DNA of 64,000 nucleotides, taken from the IMG/VR virus record IMGVR_UViG_2862035965_000001; one strand, written 5' to 3'. Made by a program: the position numbers and the translations under genes. This DNA is from a virus. Its lineage: Duplodnaviria; Heunggongvirae; Uroviricota; Caudoviricetes. Positions 1 through 9,527 of the stretch are shown in pieces. The notes under the pieces are model-generated. The model saw only the letters and a list, made by a program, of their open reading frames with translations. It was not told where the DNA came from and ran no database searches. Each line of letters begins with the position of its first letter. Position 1 is the first letter of the stretch.

Positions 1-430
1 CTGCGCCTGCAACAAGCGGTGCAGCAGCACAAATGGCATCACGGGTGGAATCAGAGTTGGTGGTGTCATCCGCGACATCCTGTGCAGATGCCACAGGAAC
101 AATAGACAGACCCAGACCAGCAACAGTCAGCGCGGTAATAGAACGCGCAGAATTCTTCTTCAAATTAAGAGACAAGGTGAAACGCCTTTCATCAACGGTA
201 ATAACATGCTGTGACTAGTTAAAAGATGAAAACTTAATTACTATTTCCCATAAAGTAATTAATGACTTTTAAACTACTTTTAAAGATATACGTTATAGAT
301 AAATATATGCAACTAAACTACTGTTTACTTATTAACTTCTTATATGTCCCCGGAAATCTAAAAACCCTTTAAGAAAATTTCTTAAAGGGTTTTCTTCATG
401 CTGTTGTATTAATCCAGCATTACACTGGCG

Positions 431-1558
431 TTAACCTGCGTTAACAAGCTCAGGGTCTTCTTCTACTTCGAGATCTGCATCAGTTTCAGTGTCGATCGCA
501 CTATCGTCGTCACCATCAACCTTGTCACTCTGTTCAGATGATCCAAGACCAGAAGAGCCAGTTGGCTTTTCTGCCACCGCATCACCGTCTGCGTTGTCAT
601 CGGCATCAATGTCACCACAGAAATCATCAGCGAGCACCGACAGCACAGCAAGGCCGGTAGCACCAGAGATCAACAACCCTGCATCAATATCCTTGGTCGC
701 GTTGTAGAGCCACTGATCAAACTGGGGGTTGAGGCTTGGGAGATTGAACTGTGCACGCACATCCTCAACAACACGTGGGATCGCCGGTGCCACAGCGTTA
801 GCAATAGCACCTGCAGCAGGAATCGCTGCCAACAGCAGCATCTTCGGGCTGAGCAGGCACTGTGCCAGCTCATCGGTGGCACCCTTAGCTGGCGCTGGGA
901 TAGTGACCTCAGAACCATCGGAGAACACAATGGTAATGGAGCCATCGTCGTTGGCAATCTGATCGACAATGGTCGCGTTAGCGCCGTTCTCACCATCCTT
1001 GCCATTTTCACCATCAGCACCATCCTGGCCGTCTGAACCATCGTTGCCGTCCTTACCGTTAGCAACAACAAGCACAGAGCCATCAGAGAACGTAATGACG
1101 ATATTGCCGTTGGCGTCAGTCGCAGTAGACAGCACAGTAGCGTCCTCGCCATCCTTGCCGTCTTCACCATCCACGCCGTCCTTAGCTGCAGGAATGGTGA
1201 CGACGGTGCCATCAGAGAAGGTGAGCTTGACATCACCATTGGACTCCGTAGCGACATCAACAATGGTCGCATCCTTGCCGATCACACCGTCCTTGCCATC
1301 GGTACCATCTACGCCGTCAACACCCGCCTTAAGAGTGACAAAGGTGCCATCGGTGAAATGAAAGGTAATGTCGCCAGTCACAGGATCAACAACGGTGCGA
1401 TCAAGGTTAACGACGTGAATTGGGGTACCAGCCTCCACTTCAGTGCCGGTGGTCTGCGCCATAGCTGGTGCGGCACCCACAGTGGCTGCACCAGAGACAC
1501 CAACAGCAACCGCGACGGCAAGAGAGGCAAAACGACGAGAATTAAGCTTCAAAGACAT
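431..1558 (-). CDS. secreted protein with collagen-like GxDG repeats (surface/fibre-like)
   Basis: 375-aa ORF with an ATG start and an AAGGAA ribosome-binding site. The N-terminus has a signal peptide, possibly Tat (SRRFASLAVA...AMAQ). There are repeated blocks [I/V]TFSDG[ST]VVT[IL]P separated by G-x-D-G runs (DGVDGEDGKDGED, GKDGNDGSDGQDGADGENGKDGENG). The C-terminus has a hydrophobic stretch. Confidence 0.6.
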   Translation of the reverse strand: MSLKLNSRRFASLAVAVAVGVSGAATVGAAPAMAQTTGTEVEAGTPIHVVNLDRTVVDPVTGDITFHFTDGTFVTLKAGVDGVDGTDGKDGVIGKDATIVDVATESNGDVKLTFSDGTVVTIPAAKDGVDGEDGKDGEDATVLSTATDANGNIVITFSDGSVLVVANGKDGNDGSDGQDGADGENGKDGENGANATIVDQIANDDGSITIVFSDGSEVTIPAPAKGATDELAQCLLSPKMLLLAAIPAAGAIANAVAPAIPRVVEDVRAQFNLPSLNPQFDQWLYNATKDIDAGLLISGATGLAVLSVLADDFCGDIDADDNADGDAVAEKPTGSSGLGSSEQSDKVDGDDDSAIDTETDADLEVEEDPELVNAG

Positions 1559-1617
1559 GTGAATATTCCTTATCTATATAAAGGTGAGAAAAAAACTCAA
1601 AACAGGGAGTGAAAAAA

Positions 1618-3546
1618 CTACTTACTAGAACTGATAACGGAACCGCCACCAAGACCCAGCAGGTTAAACAGCGGGAGAAGCAGATCAAGCAGCTTCGACA
1701 ACCAGTTCGTTGGGGTCGCCTGCGTGGTGATCTGTGAGCCATCCTCATAAGTAATGGTCACAGAGCCGTTGTCGTTGGTGACACGGGAAACCTCAACCAG
1801 ACCTTTACCGTCTGTGCCGTCTACGCCATCGGTACCATCGACTCCATCTGAGCCGTCCTTGCCGTCTGCCCCATCAACACCGTTGCGCACAGTGAACTCG
1901 GTGCCGTCAGAAAGAACATAGGTGATGTTGCCATCCTCATCAGTGGTCGCAGATTCCAGCGTCAGGCCGGTACCGTCAAGCCCATCGAGACCGTCTTTGC
2001 CGTCTTGACCAGCACCGAGAGTGAGTGTGGTGTCATCGGACAGAGTGATAGTTACAGTGCCATCAGCGTTCTGTACAGCGTCAACGACGACAACGCCGTC
2101 TCGACCTTCCGATCCATCTGATCCGTCCTTACCGTCATCGCCATCATCGACAGAAGGAAGATTGCCGTCCTCATCGGTAAGGTTCGGATCAAACAAGCCA
2201 CCACCGGAAAGCAGATCATCCGCGTGACGATGCTCGTAAGTCTCACCCTCAGTGAAATTATTGGTCACAGAAAAAGCCAATACAGGTTCACCTACGGACC
2301 CCTGTACCGTATGAGCAAAGGTCTTTCCGGGAGAAAATGGCTCCACCGCTTCAAGGCCACTCCAACTAAAGGAAATATCCGAGGGAATATCCTTAAATGT
2401 CACTGTTGCCGAGGTCTTGTCCGCTGAATAAACGACAGTTGGCTCCCATGCGGTTACATCAACATCAGGGAAGGCTGCGACAAATTCGTCATACTTGTAT
2501 GAATTACCATAGGTAAAACTAATACGAGATGGCGTTTCCTTTACGACTGGTTCCGCCGAGAAAACTTGGAAATCGTCAAAGCCTCGACCTGCACGTTCTC
2601 GCAAGGTTGCCCCCTCTGCTGCTGTAAAGGTAAGTACAACATCACGAGTGGCTGGCGCAGTATTAACAAGCGCTCCACGGAAACCCACACCGCTGACCTC
2701 ACTGCGAGTCATATTGGCATGACCGACGACGATACCAAGTGGCGCTGCATACCCCAATGCATTCATGTCAATGGACGGTGGCTCATTAATCTTCCAGTCC
2801 TGCATAGCGCTGAAATGTGATACAGACTGCGTTGCCTTAACCCACGTATGCTCAACCGTACTGACAATCCATGGATGACCGGTTACACCATAGTTAAATA
2901 CGACAGTCTCAACCTGACCCTCAGTCTTGCCGACAGTCCACTCATAAATCGACTGCTCCCCGGTCTGCTGGGCATCACTCACCCACCCATAAAGCTCCAT
3001 ATCAATGGACGCAGTACGAGAAGTAGTACCAGCAGCTGTACTAAAGTTCGTCAACGTACCGCGAGTACCACTGTCGCTCACCACAAGATCTGCGACGCGA
3101 ACACCTGCATCATTAGTTACCGAAACAGTGCGGTCGTTTTGATTGAAGAATCGGAAGCCCGCACCAGTGAGGTTGAAGACGTATTTATCATCAGTGGTTG
3201 CCGAATCTGGGATCGCAAACTCCATCTGCAGACGCAATTCACCGTTGGTGATGTCGCCTAGAAGCTCTTCGCGCTTGTCGTTGTCATTGATACCCAGCTC
3301 AACAGGGCTCGTAAATGACTGTCCGTTCAAGGTATAGGAAACACTCGTCACGATGCTGTCATCCAAGGTTGCAGCAGAAGCAGTCGCCACACCGAAGTGA
3401 CCAACAGCAGAATCAGGTGCAGCGACCGCAAGACCGCTAAATGCAACGGTCGCAGCCAATGCCAGCGCAATTGGTCGTGCCGTGCGGCCCTGCACACGTG
3501 CAGCCACACCTACCCCCACTGCTCGTGCAGTACTGTTCATAGACAC
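1618..3546 (-). CDS. large secreted protein with C-terminal collagen-like GxDG repeats
   Basis: 642-aa ORF with a GTG start at 3546 preceded by AAAGGTGG at ideal spacing; an in-frame ATG lies at 3540. It has an N-terminal signal peptide. The C-terminal third carries DGKDGSDGVDGTDGVDGTDG-type repeats interleaved with ITLSDDTTLTL / ITYVLSDGTEFTV beta-strand repeats, which makes it a paralog in architecture of the 431-1558 gene. It ends in a hydrophobic tail. Confidence 0.6.
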   Translation of the reverse strand: MSMNSTARAVGVGVAARVQGRTARPIALALAATVAFSGLAVAAPDSAVGHFGVATASAATLDDSIVTSVSYTLNGQSFTSPVELGINDNDKREELLGDITNGELRLQMEFAIPDSATTDDKYVFNLTGAGFRFFNQNDRTVSVTNDAGVRVADLVVSDSGTRGTLTNFSTAAGTTSRTASIDMELYGWVSDAQQTGEQSIYEWTVGKTEGQVETVVFNYGVTGHPWIVSTVEHTWVKATQSVSHFSAMQDWKINEPPSIDMNALGYAAPLGIVVGHANMTRSEVSGVGFRGALVNTAPATRDVVLTFTAAEGATLRERAGRGFDDFQVFSAEPVVKETPSRISFTYGNSYKYDEFVAAFPDVDVTAWEPTVVYSADKTSATVTFKDIPSDISFSWSGLEAVEPFSPGKTFAHTVQGSVGEPVLAFSVTNNFTEGETYEHRHADDLLSGGGLFDPNLTDEDGNLPSVDDGDDGKDGSDGSEGRDGVVVVDAVQNADGTVTITLSDDTTLTLGAGQDGKDGLDGLDGTGLTLESATTDEDGNITYVLSDGTEFTVRNGVDGADGKDGSDGVDGTDGVDGTDGKGLVEVSRVTNDNGSVTITYEDGSQITTQATPTNWLSKLLDLLLPLFNLLGLGGGSVISSSK

Positions 3547-3718
3547 TAAAAACCACCTTTAAATAGTTGAGTAGTTTACTAAAAAGAAACTTAGAATAAG
3601 TTTCACAATCAATAATCTAACACAAATATAGAAGCAGCGTAAAGACAATTTTTAATAGTTTATTATTAAATTTAAAAAGTATAATTACCCCAGGTGGTGT
3701 AATCAGGGCAAGCGCTAC

Positions 3719-3741
3719 AAGCACAGCAGAGCTGTGCTCGG
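3719..3741 (+). promoter_or_regulatory. degenerate copy of the conserved 23-nt promoter-like motif (AAGCACAGCAGAGCTGTGCTCGG)
   Basis: Matches the consensus at 18 of 23 positions and is followed by a GTGTGG box. It sits about 118 nt upstream of the 3859 ORF. Confidence 0.35.
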
Positions 3742-3858
3742 ACGAACACCGGGTGTGGTGTTTTCTTGGCACCCTTCACGGGCGAACTACTGTGCGCTTG
3801 AGGCCCACTGCCAGCCGATCACCACATCATTCCTCTATATATAAGGACTCAAACAACT

Positions 3859-4350
3859 ATGACTATTCACTCTGCATCCACTGTGCAGAAACTCGATCTC
3901 GCACAGATGCGCGAGATCGCTGCTGCACTCACCGACTGCGACCTCACCCGTGCCAATCACGCAGAGGTTGCCGAAGACTGGCTCTTTGTCCGCGACACCG
4001 GTGCCTGCGCCAACATCACTGTCAACCCCTACAGCGATCTGTTCTATGCACTCGATGTTGCGAACCCCGCGCTTCATGAGCTGTTTGCCGGCTACGCTGC
4101 ACGCCTTGATGAGCTCGACCTCGTGCCACAGCGATTCGAATCCCATCAAGATTTTCTTGATTATGTCTGTGCTGACAATCCGTTCAGCTCCGACAAGCCA
4201 GACGGCATTATCATTCTGCTCGCCGATCACGTGCTTAAAGCAGATCCTGCGACAGGCAAACCAGCACTTGAATCAGAAACATTCCCCACTGTCGCAAACT
4301 ATTGCGCCACTCACTCCATCGCACCCTCAGACATTCTCATCAAGGATTAA
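3859..4350 (+). CDS. hypothetical acidic protein
   Basis: 163-aa ORF, first gene after an AT-rich promoter region. The segment PDGIIILLADHVLKADPATG weakly resembles the LPxG...HPxYG repeat family found further downstream. Confidence 0.55.
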   Translation: MTIHSASTVQKLDLAQMREIAAALTDCDLTRANHAEVAEDWLFVRDTGACANITVNPYSDLFYALDVANPALHELFAGYAARLDELDLVPQRFESHQDFLDYVCADNPFSSDKPDGIIILLADHVLKADPATGKPALESETFPTVANYCATHSIAPSDILIKD

Positions 4351-4356
4351 GTCACC

Positions 4357-4548
4357 ATGACGAAACACAGCCCTACTCATACAACCCCCACAGAGCACTC
4401 AGATCTCACCGATCAGCGCATTTTTCCGCTTGGTGCTACAGCACTAGAAGAATTCGACATGCTGCTTGATCAGCCAGTGGACACAGAAGAACTACAAGCT
4501 TTTCTCCACGCCCCCACCATCTTCGGTACTGAGATTGTGCTCAATTAA
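4357..4548 (+). CDS. hypothetical small protein
   Basis: 63-aa ORF tightly packed 7 nt after the previous gene. Confidence 0.45.
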   Translation: MTKHSPTHTTPTEHSDLTDQRIFPLGATALEEFDMLLDQPVDTEELQAFLHAPTIFGTEIVLN

Positions 4549-4587
4549 CTACTGCCACCTCACACGCAAACAAGAAAGGGCCACCCC

Positions 4588-4818
4588 ATGACCACTGTTC
4601 GAGTATCAACCCACACCGTGCACGAACACCGCTTCACTGTGCCAGTGAACTACGCCACCGGCGCCACCATTTCAGAAATCTATGTCGCCTGCGCCATGGC
4701 TGAAGACACCGCCAAAAGTCTTGGTCTTGACACCGCGACAGATGATTGGGCACATGTCACTGTCACTGATGATGCTGTTGTGTTCACCGTAGTCGAGAAT
4801 GTTATCGGGAATACGTAG
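4588..4818 (+). CDS. hypothetical small protein
   Basis: 76-aa ORF with an AAGAAAGG ribosome-binding site upstream. Confidence 0.45.
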   Translation: MTTVRVSTHTVHEHRFTVPVNYATGATISEIYVACAMAEDTAKSLGLDTATDDWAHVTVTDDAVVFTVVENVIGNT

Positions 4819-4973
4819 AATTTTGTGCCCCTTAACGACTCACTGCGACCAAACCGACCTTAATTAAGACACCTCTACAACTGTTAGCGGGGTCTTCCCT
4901 TATCTATTACACCGTCTGTAGCTACCCTTATACCGAATACCGATGCACGCCAGCCTAAGAATCGAGATCAACC

Positions 4974-5786
4974 ATGACATTGCCGTTAGCATCAATTTTG
5001 CAGGCCACTGGGATCGACCCCAACGATGCTCTAGCAATCCGTCATGTTTTCATCCCCCTCCATGAGGACACCAACTCCACTGGAATTACCCCATCGTCCA
5101 CAGACGCAGAGATCCTTACCTACACTTCCCACCAGTCAAGTGATTCGCGTAGGTTCCCACTGCATCCACCGCGCTTCTGGCTGGTATTTATCCGCGAGGG
5201 CGGGCGGCAAGCTCGCCTATGGAGAGTCGTAGAAAACCATGGTGAAACAAGCAATGACGGTGTACGGAGAATATTCCAGCTCACCGAAACTGACCTCTTA
5301 AGTGATCTTGCCGGCAGACTCGTTATTGGTTGGGATTCAGCCCGCACCTGGTGGGTAAAAGGTACCACTGTAGCTCGCTACCCTGTAGAAACAATTGCTG
5401 ATGCCGAGCCCATCGCCTTTCCGGGCTTCGATCAACTTATTCTAAGTTACCCTCAACTTCAGGCAGTGATACGTGAGCCAACTTTCGCCTCCTGGCGCAC
5501 AGCACTGAGTTCCGTTAAAGGTATCTATCTAATTACCGACACCCGTACCGGTCGCCACTACGTTGGCAAAGCCGAAGGCTCAGAAAACATCTATCAGCGG
5601 TGGACTAGCTACGCCACCACCGGCCATGGCGGAAATGCAAAGCTCAGACAGCTTAAACCCGACTCATTTCAGTTTTCCTTGCTGCGCGTCTTTGATCCAG
5701 CAACACCAACAAGTGTCATCAACGCTGCCGAAAAGCATTTCAAGCGTGCCCTCGACACCATTAAACACGGTCTTAACGCTAATTAA
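4974..5786 (+). CDS. GIY-YIG nuclease domain protein
   Basis: 270 aa. The C-terminal segment KGIYLITDTRTGRHYVGKAEGSENIYQRWTSY matches the GIY...YIG...R...Y pattern. The N-terminal ~170 aa are unassigned. Confidence 0.6.
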   Translation: MTLPLASILQATGIDPNDALAIRHVFIPLHEDTNSTGITPSSTDAEILTYTSHQSSDSRRFPLHPPRFWLVFIREGGRQARLWRVVENHGETSNDGVRRIFQLTETDLLSDLAGRLVIGWDSARTWWVKGTTVARYPVETIADAEPIAFPGFDQLILSYPQLQAVIREPTFASWRTALSSVKGIYLITDTRTGRHYVGKAEGSENIYQRWTSYATTGHGGNAKLRQLKPDSFQFSLLRVFDPATPTSVINAAEKHFKRALDTIKHGLNAN

Positions 5787-5862
5787 GAACCAAGACAGAC
5801 CCCTTAAACCCTGCTGATTGTACGCATGAGCAGGGTTTTTCTACGCACGAAAGACATTCCAT

Positions 5863-6384
5863 ATGACTAAAAAACAGCCACTTATTCAACGTCGTGCTGT
5901 CGCGCAAGCTAAGTCCGACACACTGATCCCGGAGCACTATGGCGTGCTCTCACATATTCCTACCAGCATCATTGTGCTCGGTACAGCAGTGACGTTCACG
6001 CTGATCAGTGCCACCATGCTCGTGCGGTTTCTTACTACCCAAGAACCCATGATCCCCACCATCGCAACAATCTTTGTCTTCGCACTGTTATGTAATGTCA
6101 GCATCAGCGCCATTAAGTCCCTCTTTACTACCCACTACGAGATCACCATCAAGCCAGCAGTACTGATTGGTGTCCATATTCTAGGAATTCTATTCAGCCT
6201 AGGATTTTTCTACGTCTTCATGAACTTGTTGATCAACCGTGCACAGGACCCCAACAACACCGCGACATCTATGCCCGATGCGCTGCTTGTTATTGCCCTG
6301 GTCTTTGTTGCAGTGCTCTTCTACGAGGCCCTCGCGCAGATTATCCGCACCATCATCACACTTGTTCGAGAAAAGAAAGACTAA
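5863..6384 (+). CDS. integral membrane protein (about 4 TM)
   Basis: 173 aa with several long hydrophobic segments. Confidence 0.55.
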   Translation: MTKKQPLIQRRAVAQAKSDTLIPEHYGVLSHIPTSIIVLGTAVTFTLISATMLVRFLTTQEPMIPTIATIFVFALLCNVSISAIKSLFTTHYEITIKPAVLIGVHILGILFSLGFFYVFMNLLINRAQDPNNTATSMPDALLVIALVFVAVLFYEALAQIIRTIITLVREKKD

Positions 6385-6386
6385 TC

Positions 6387-6794
6387 ATGCTGCACAAACA
6401 CATCAAAACGCTTACTGCACTCACCGTCATTGCTGCCGTGAGCACTGTATATATCTTCACGCTTAACTACGGGGTCGTAAAAACACTTGCTGCATTTGCT
6501 TACGCTGCGCTGTTCTCTGTGGCTTTGTTTTCCGCCCAGCAACGTATCACTGAAGCTTTGAACACAGTGATAAAACCTGCTGCAGCCATTGTTTTCTACG
6601 CACTAATCGGTCTAGTGACACTGTGCACAACGCTCTACTTATTCGATGCGCTGCCATCCAATTTTGACCGTCCTACCACAACTTTTGACGGACTCATTGT
6701 GCTCGGCTTCGGCACCAGCCTCGTGTTCTGTCTCTACAGTGCATTATGTGCAAAGACAGCTGTTGAACAGGTTGTGGCTGATCGCAGCGTTTAA
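6387..6794 (+). CDS. integral membrane protein (about 4 TM)
   Basis: 135 aa, hydrophobic, start 3 nt after the previous stop, so probably translationally coupled. Confidence 0.55.
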   Translation: MLHKHIKTLTALTVIAAVSTVYIFTLNYGVVKTLAAFAYAALFSVALFSAQQRITEALNTVIKPAAAIVFYALIGLVTLCTTLYLFDALPSNFDRPTTTFDGLIVLGFGTSLVFCLYSALCAKTAVEQVVADRSV

Positions 6795-7176
6795 TGGTCA
6801 ACCACAACCACTCCGAATAGTGCAACTAATCAGATCTTGTACAACAAGCTCGCACCAACCTCTGCATGAATAACCCCATAGCACTGCGTACATGTCCAGG
6901 TGCGATGGCCTTCCACAAGACCTGATTCCCAACCCGGTAAAAACGCATGGGCTTTCGTTTTCCCTGATTCAGTGATCCATGTGTGCCCATTGGGGCACTG
7001 CTCCGGGTGCCGCTCAACCCACTGCGCGTCATTAGTTTTAGAAACCATGTGCTAATTATAGCGCGTGATAGTAAAACTGTTTTGGGCATTCCTCTGTTTT
7101 CTTACGCGCACCCTTGTACACTTGGTCCTCGGGGTCACCCGAACAATCTCTGTGACCCTAACTTAATACGCATAAC

Positions 7177-7229
7177 ACCACCCCTACACAGCTGTTTTAT
7201 CAGCACAGTGCAGGGGTGGTGTTTTTTAA
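7177..7229 (+). terminator. hairpin plus T-run terminator
   Basis: ACACCACCCCT...AGGGGTGGTGT stem followed by TTTTTT. Confidence 0.4.
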
Positions 7230-7284
7230 TCTCTTACAGAAAATTATTGCAGGACTTATTCTTTTCTGGATTAATAATAATTAT

Positions 7285-8169
7285 TCATTCTTCTTGCTGG
7301 AATTTTAACAGTTCATTCTTTGCAGGAAGCCGTACCTTCAACTCGTTAACAGTAGATAGCCCAAGAAAAGTGCGCACTGCATCATACTTGTAAACAGGTA
7401 ATGCATAGCGCATCACCAGCTCATCACCCATCTGCTGAAGATATGGCTCAACATCTGTACCCTCGATGCGGGCTTCCCATACATCCGCTGCTTCATTCAG
7501 CCACTCTTTGAATGCATGCTCAGAACCCCTCGGCCACGAACCATCCTGCGCATGTGCAATTACTTCCCCGCAAATACTCATTAATAAAGTGAGGTGGGTA
7601 TCTTTAGAGATCTTCAAACGAATCCGTTCGAGTTCATCATCACGTTGCTGGTTTTCATAATTATCATCTGAGTTAATTACGCCAGATTTCTCAAACTCTT
7701 CTACTATTCGAACCTTTTCAACACCAAACTTTGACTTGTAGACATCACGAGCATCTCCTAATGCCTCATCCAAGACTGGTTTAATCTCGCGCAGCTTACT
7801 TGATATTTTCAACTGACCTACTAAGTCAGATATATCTCGCTTCGACTTTGGCTTTACGACCCAATTGGAAAGCTCAGTAGTAATAAGAGATTCACGCAAA
7901 TCATCATGTGCAGATGGATACGCCTCCAACAACGTGCAAAGATCGACCCCGAGCTCTTTAGCGCCCTGGAACCCTGAGACCGACAATCGCTTAACATAAT
8001 CCAATGAGTTGACTCCACTTGGTAACGCACTCACAACACCAGAGACAGCGTTTGCGCGTGCATCCCGTTGAGCGAAATCCATCTGCTTTTTAGTTTGATA
8101 TGTCGCAAAAATAGTGACAAAAACCGCAACTATAGAGATGATAAACGCTACAACATCTAACTTATCCAT
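7285..8169 (-). CDS. membrane-anchored hypothetical protein
   Basis: 294-aa ORF with an ATG start. It has an N-terminal TM helix (VVAFIISIVAVFVTIFATY) and a charged, helical remainder. Confidence 0.55.
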   Translation of the reverse strand: MDKLDVVAFIISIVAVFVTIFATYQTKKQMDFAQRDARANAVSGVVSALPSGVNSLDYVKRLSVSGFQGAKELGVDLCTLLEAYPSAHDDLRESLITTELSNWVVKPKSKRDISDLVGQLKISSKLREIKPVLDEALGDARDVYKSKFGVEKVRIVEEFEKSGVINSDDNYENQQRDDELERIRLKISKDTHLTLLMSICGEVIAHAQDGSWPRGSEHAFKEWLNEAADVWEARIEGTDVEPYLQQMGDELVMRYALPVYKYDAVRTFLGLSTVNELKVRLPAKNELLKFQQEE

Positions 8170-8210
8170 TCAATCATCAACCCCTTATAAGGAAATCATT
8201 TATCCACACT

Positions 8211-8765
8211 TTAAACCGCGCAAATGATTTTACTGGTACCGCAGGCATCGCAGACCACGCCGCTAAAGGTGCAGTTTCGACGGCAACCGCTCCAATTTTC
8301 ACACCTAGTACAAGGGTCTTTGTCATAAAGCTCTCGTGCACGATCGAAGCAGTGGCTACAGACCCAAACACCCTTAGCAGCTGACCCATAATAAGGGTCG
8401 CCAATGTCATACCCGACCGGCACAACATGAAAATCCGCATTTTCTACTCGGTACAAGCCGGCAGAATTGTTCAGTAAAATGCGCTTATAGTACTGCTCAC
8501 GCACAAAATCCTTTCGCATCTTCAGCGCTTCATTTTTGGCATCTTCGACCAGCTTGGTCGCAGCTTTCTCGACGGTTGCTTGTGCTCTAAACAGCTCTAA
8601 ACGTTGCTTGTCAACCATGTACTTACGGCCGATTTTCTCCACCTCAAGCTGCACAGTCCCAATCTTAAACGGCAGCTTGCTACGGAAATACTCATAGCGG
8701 TCAATCGTTGTTAAGCGATCTTGTCGCAACTCAGCAAAGGCCGTTGCAAGTGGAACATGAGTCAT
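8211..8765 (-). CDS. hypothetical protein with Cys-rich (zinc-binding-like) C-terminus
   Basis: An ATG at 8765 avoids overlap with the upstream gene; the annotated ORF extends to a GTG at 8852. The C-terminus reads CSHC...CTRC...C...C..C..C. Confidence 0.5.
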   Translation of the reverse strand: MTHVPLATAFAELRQDRLTTIDRYEYFRSKLPFKIGTVQLEVEKIGRKYMVDKQRLELFRAQATVEKAATKLVEDAKNEALKMRKDFVREQYYKRILLNNSAGLYRVENADFHVVPVGYDIGDPYYGSAAKGVWVCSHCFDRARELYDKDPCTRCENWSGCRRNCTFSGVVCDACGTSKIICAV

Positions 8766-8782
8766 CGTGCTAACCGGACCAC

Positions 8783-9325
8783 TTAATCTTTCGTCTTCTT
8801 GCTGATTCGAAAACCCGTGTCCGGGCCAATGTTCTTCTCTGCCTCTCGACACATACTCTCAATAACATCACTGAAGGGTTTAAAAGAATTAAGCCCATCC
8901 CTCATCTCAAATAAAGCGGTATCCATCTGAATGACAGCACCAGCATCTCGATGATTCATGTGCGGTAAATGCTGCACACAAACAGCACCATCATCTAACA
9001 CGAGATGAGCATGTGCATATTTATTTCTTAAATCCACAAATTTCGAAATCTCATCAAAAAACCCAGAAAAACGCTCCACATGTGAATCGAGAATTTCACG
9101 CATATTCTCAATTGACTTCCGTTGCTGCTTCCCATCCCTTTGCTGACCCAATAGGCGATTTCGCTCTGTATGCGATGATGACCTCTCTACTGTGAGCGCA
9201 AGATCTTGCAATTTCCCCTCTATATAAAGACTGTAATTATGGCAAATAAAACCCACTAATTTCATATACTCATCACAAAGAACATTCGAGCTAACTACTT
9301 GTTTACCACTCACAGAAAACACCAC
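8783..9325 (-). CDS. hypothetical protein with HEPN-like Rx4H motif (Abi-like candidate)
   Basis: 180-aa ORF. The annotated start is a GTG and the first ATG is at 9265. The segment DLRNKYAHAHLV fits the R-x4-H HEPN signature seen in AbiD/F-type proteins. No further match was checked. Confidence 0.45.
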   Translation of the reverse strand: MVFSVSGKQVVSSNVLCDEYMKLVGFICHNYSLYIEGKLQDLALTVERSSSHTERNRLLGQQRDGKQQRKSIENMREILDSHVERFSGFFDEISKFVDLRNKYAHAHLVLDDGAVCVQHLPHMNHRDAGAVIQMDTALFEMRDGLNSFKPFSDVIESMCREAEKNIGPDTGFRISKKTKD

Positions 9326-9454
9326 TCAAAAAATAGACAATAGACACGCGAGTAAGAATCACATTTTCTATACCCATTCCAAACTATAGCTAATTATTCA
9401 ATTTAATATGCATAAACAAACTAAAACCCGGTGCTCGCTGCCGCTCGATCATCC

Positions 9455-9477
9455 AACGACAGCACAGCTGCGTTCGG
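9455..9477 (+). promoter_or_regulatory. conserved 23-nt promoter-like motif, copy 1 (AACGACAGCACAGCTGCGTTCGG)
   Basis: Exact consensus with an A-rich upstream region, 50 nt upstream of the ATG at 9528. Confidence 0.6.
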
Positions 9478-9527
9478 AGAGATCCTTGAAGCACAGTCAA
9501 TGACAGTTCAGAGTCAAGGAGCACAAA

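Noticed and set aside
463-3337. Many shadow ORFs inside the two collagen-like genes (for example 670-1272 -, 969-1361 +, 2848-3261 +)
   Set aside because: They are alternative-frame or opposite-strand artefacts of long repeat-rich, GC-rich genes. Their Ser/Pro/Thr-rich translations are typical of off-frame reading.
6830-7048. 72-aa minus-strand ORF with CPNGH...CTQC between convergent genes
   Set aside because: No ribosome-binding site. It lies inside a stretch bounded by a plus-strand terminator at 7177, so it is not supported enough to call.
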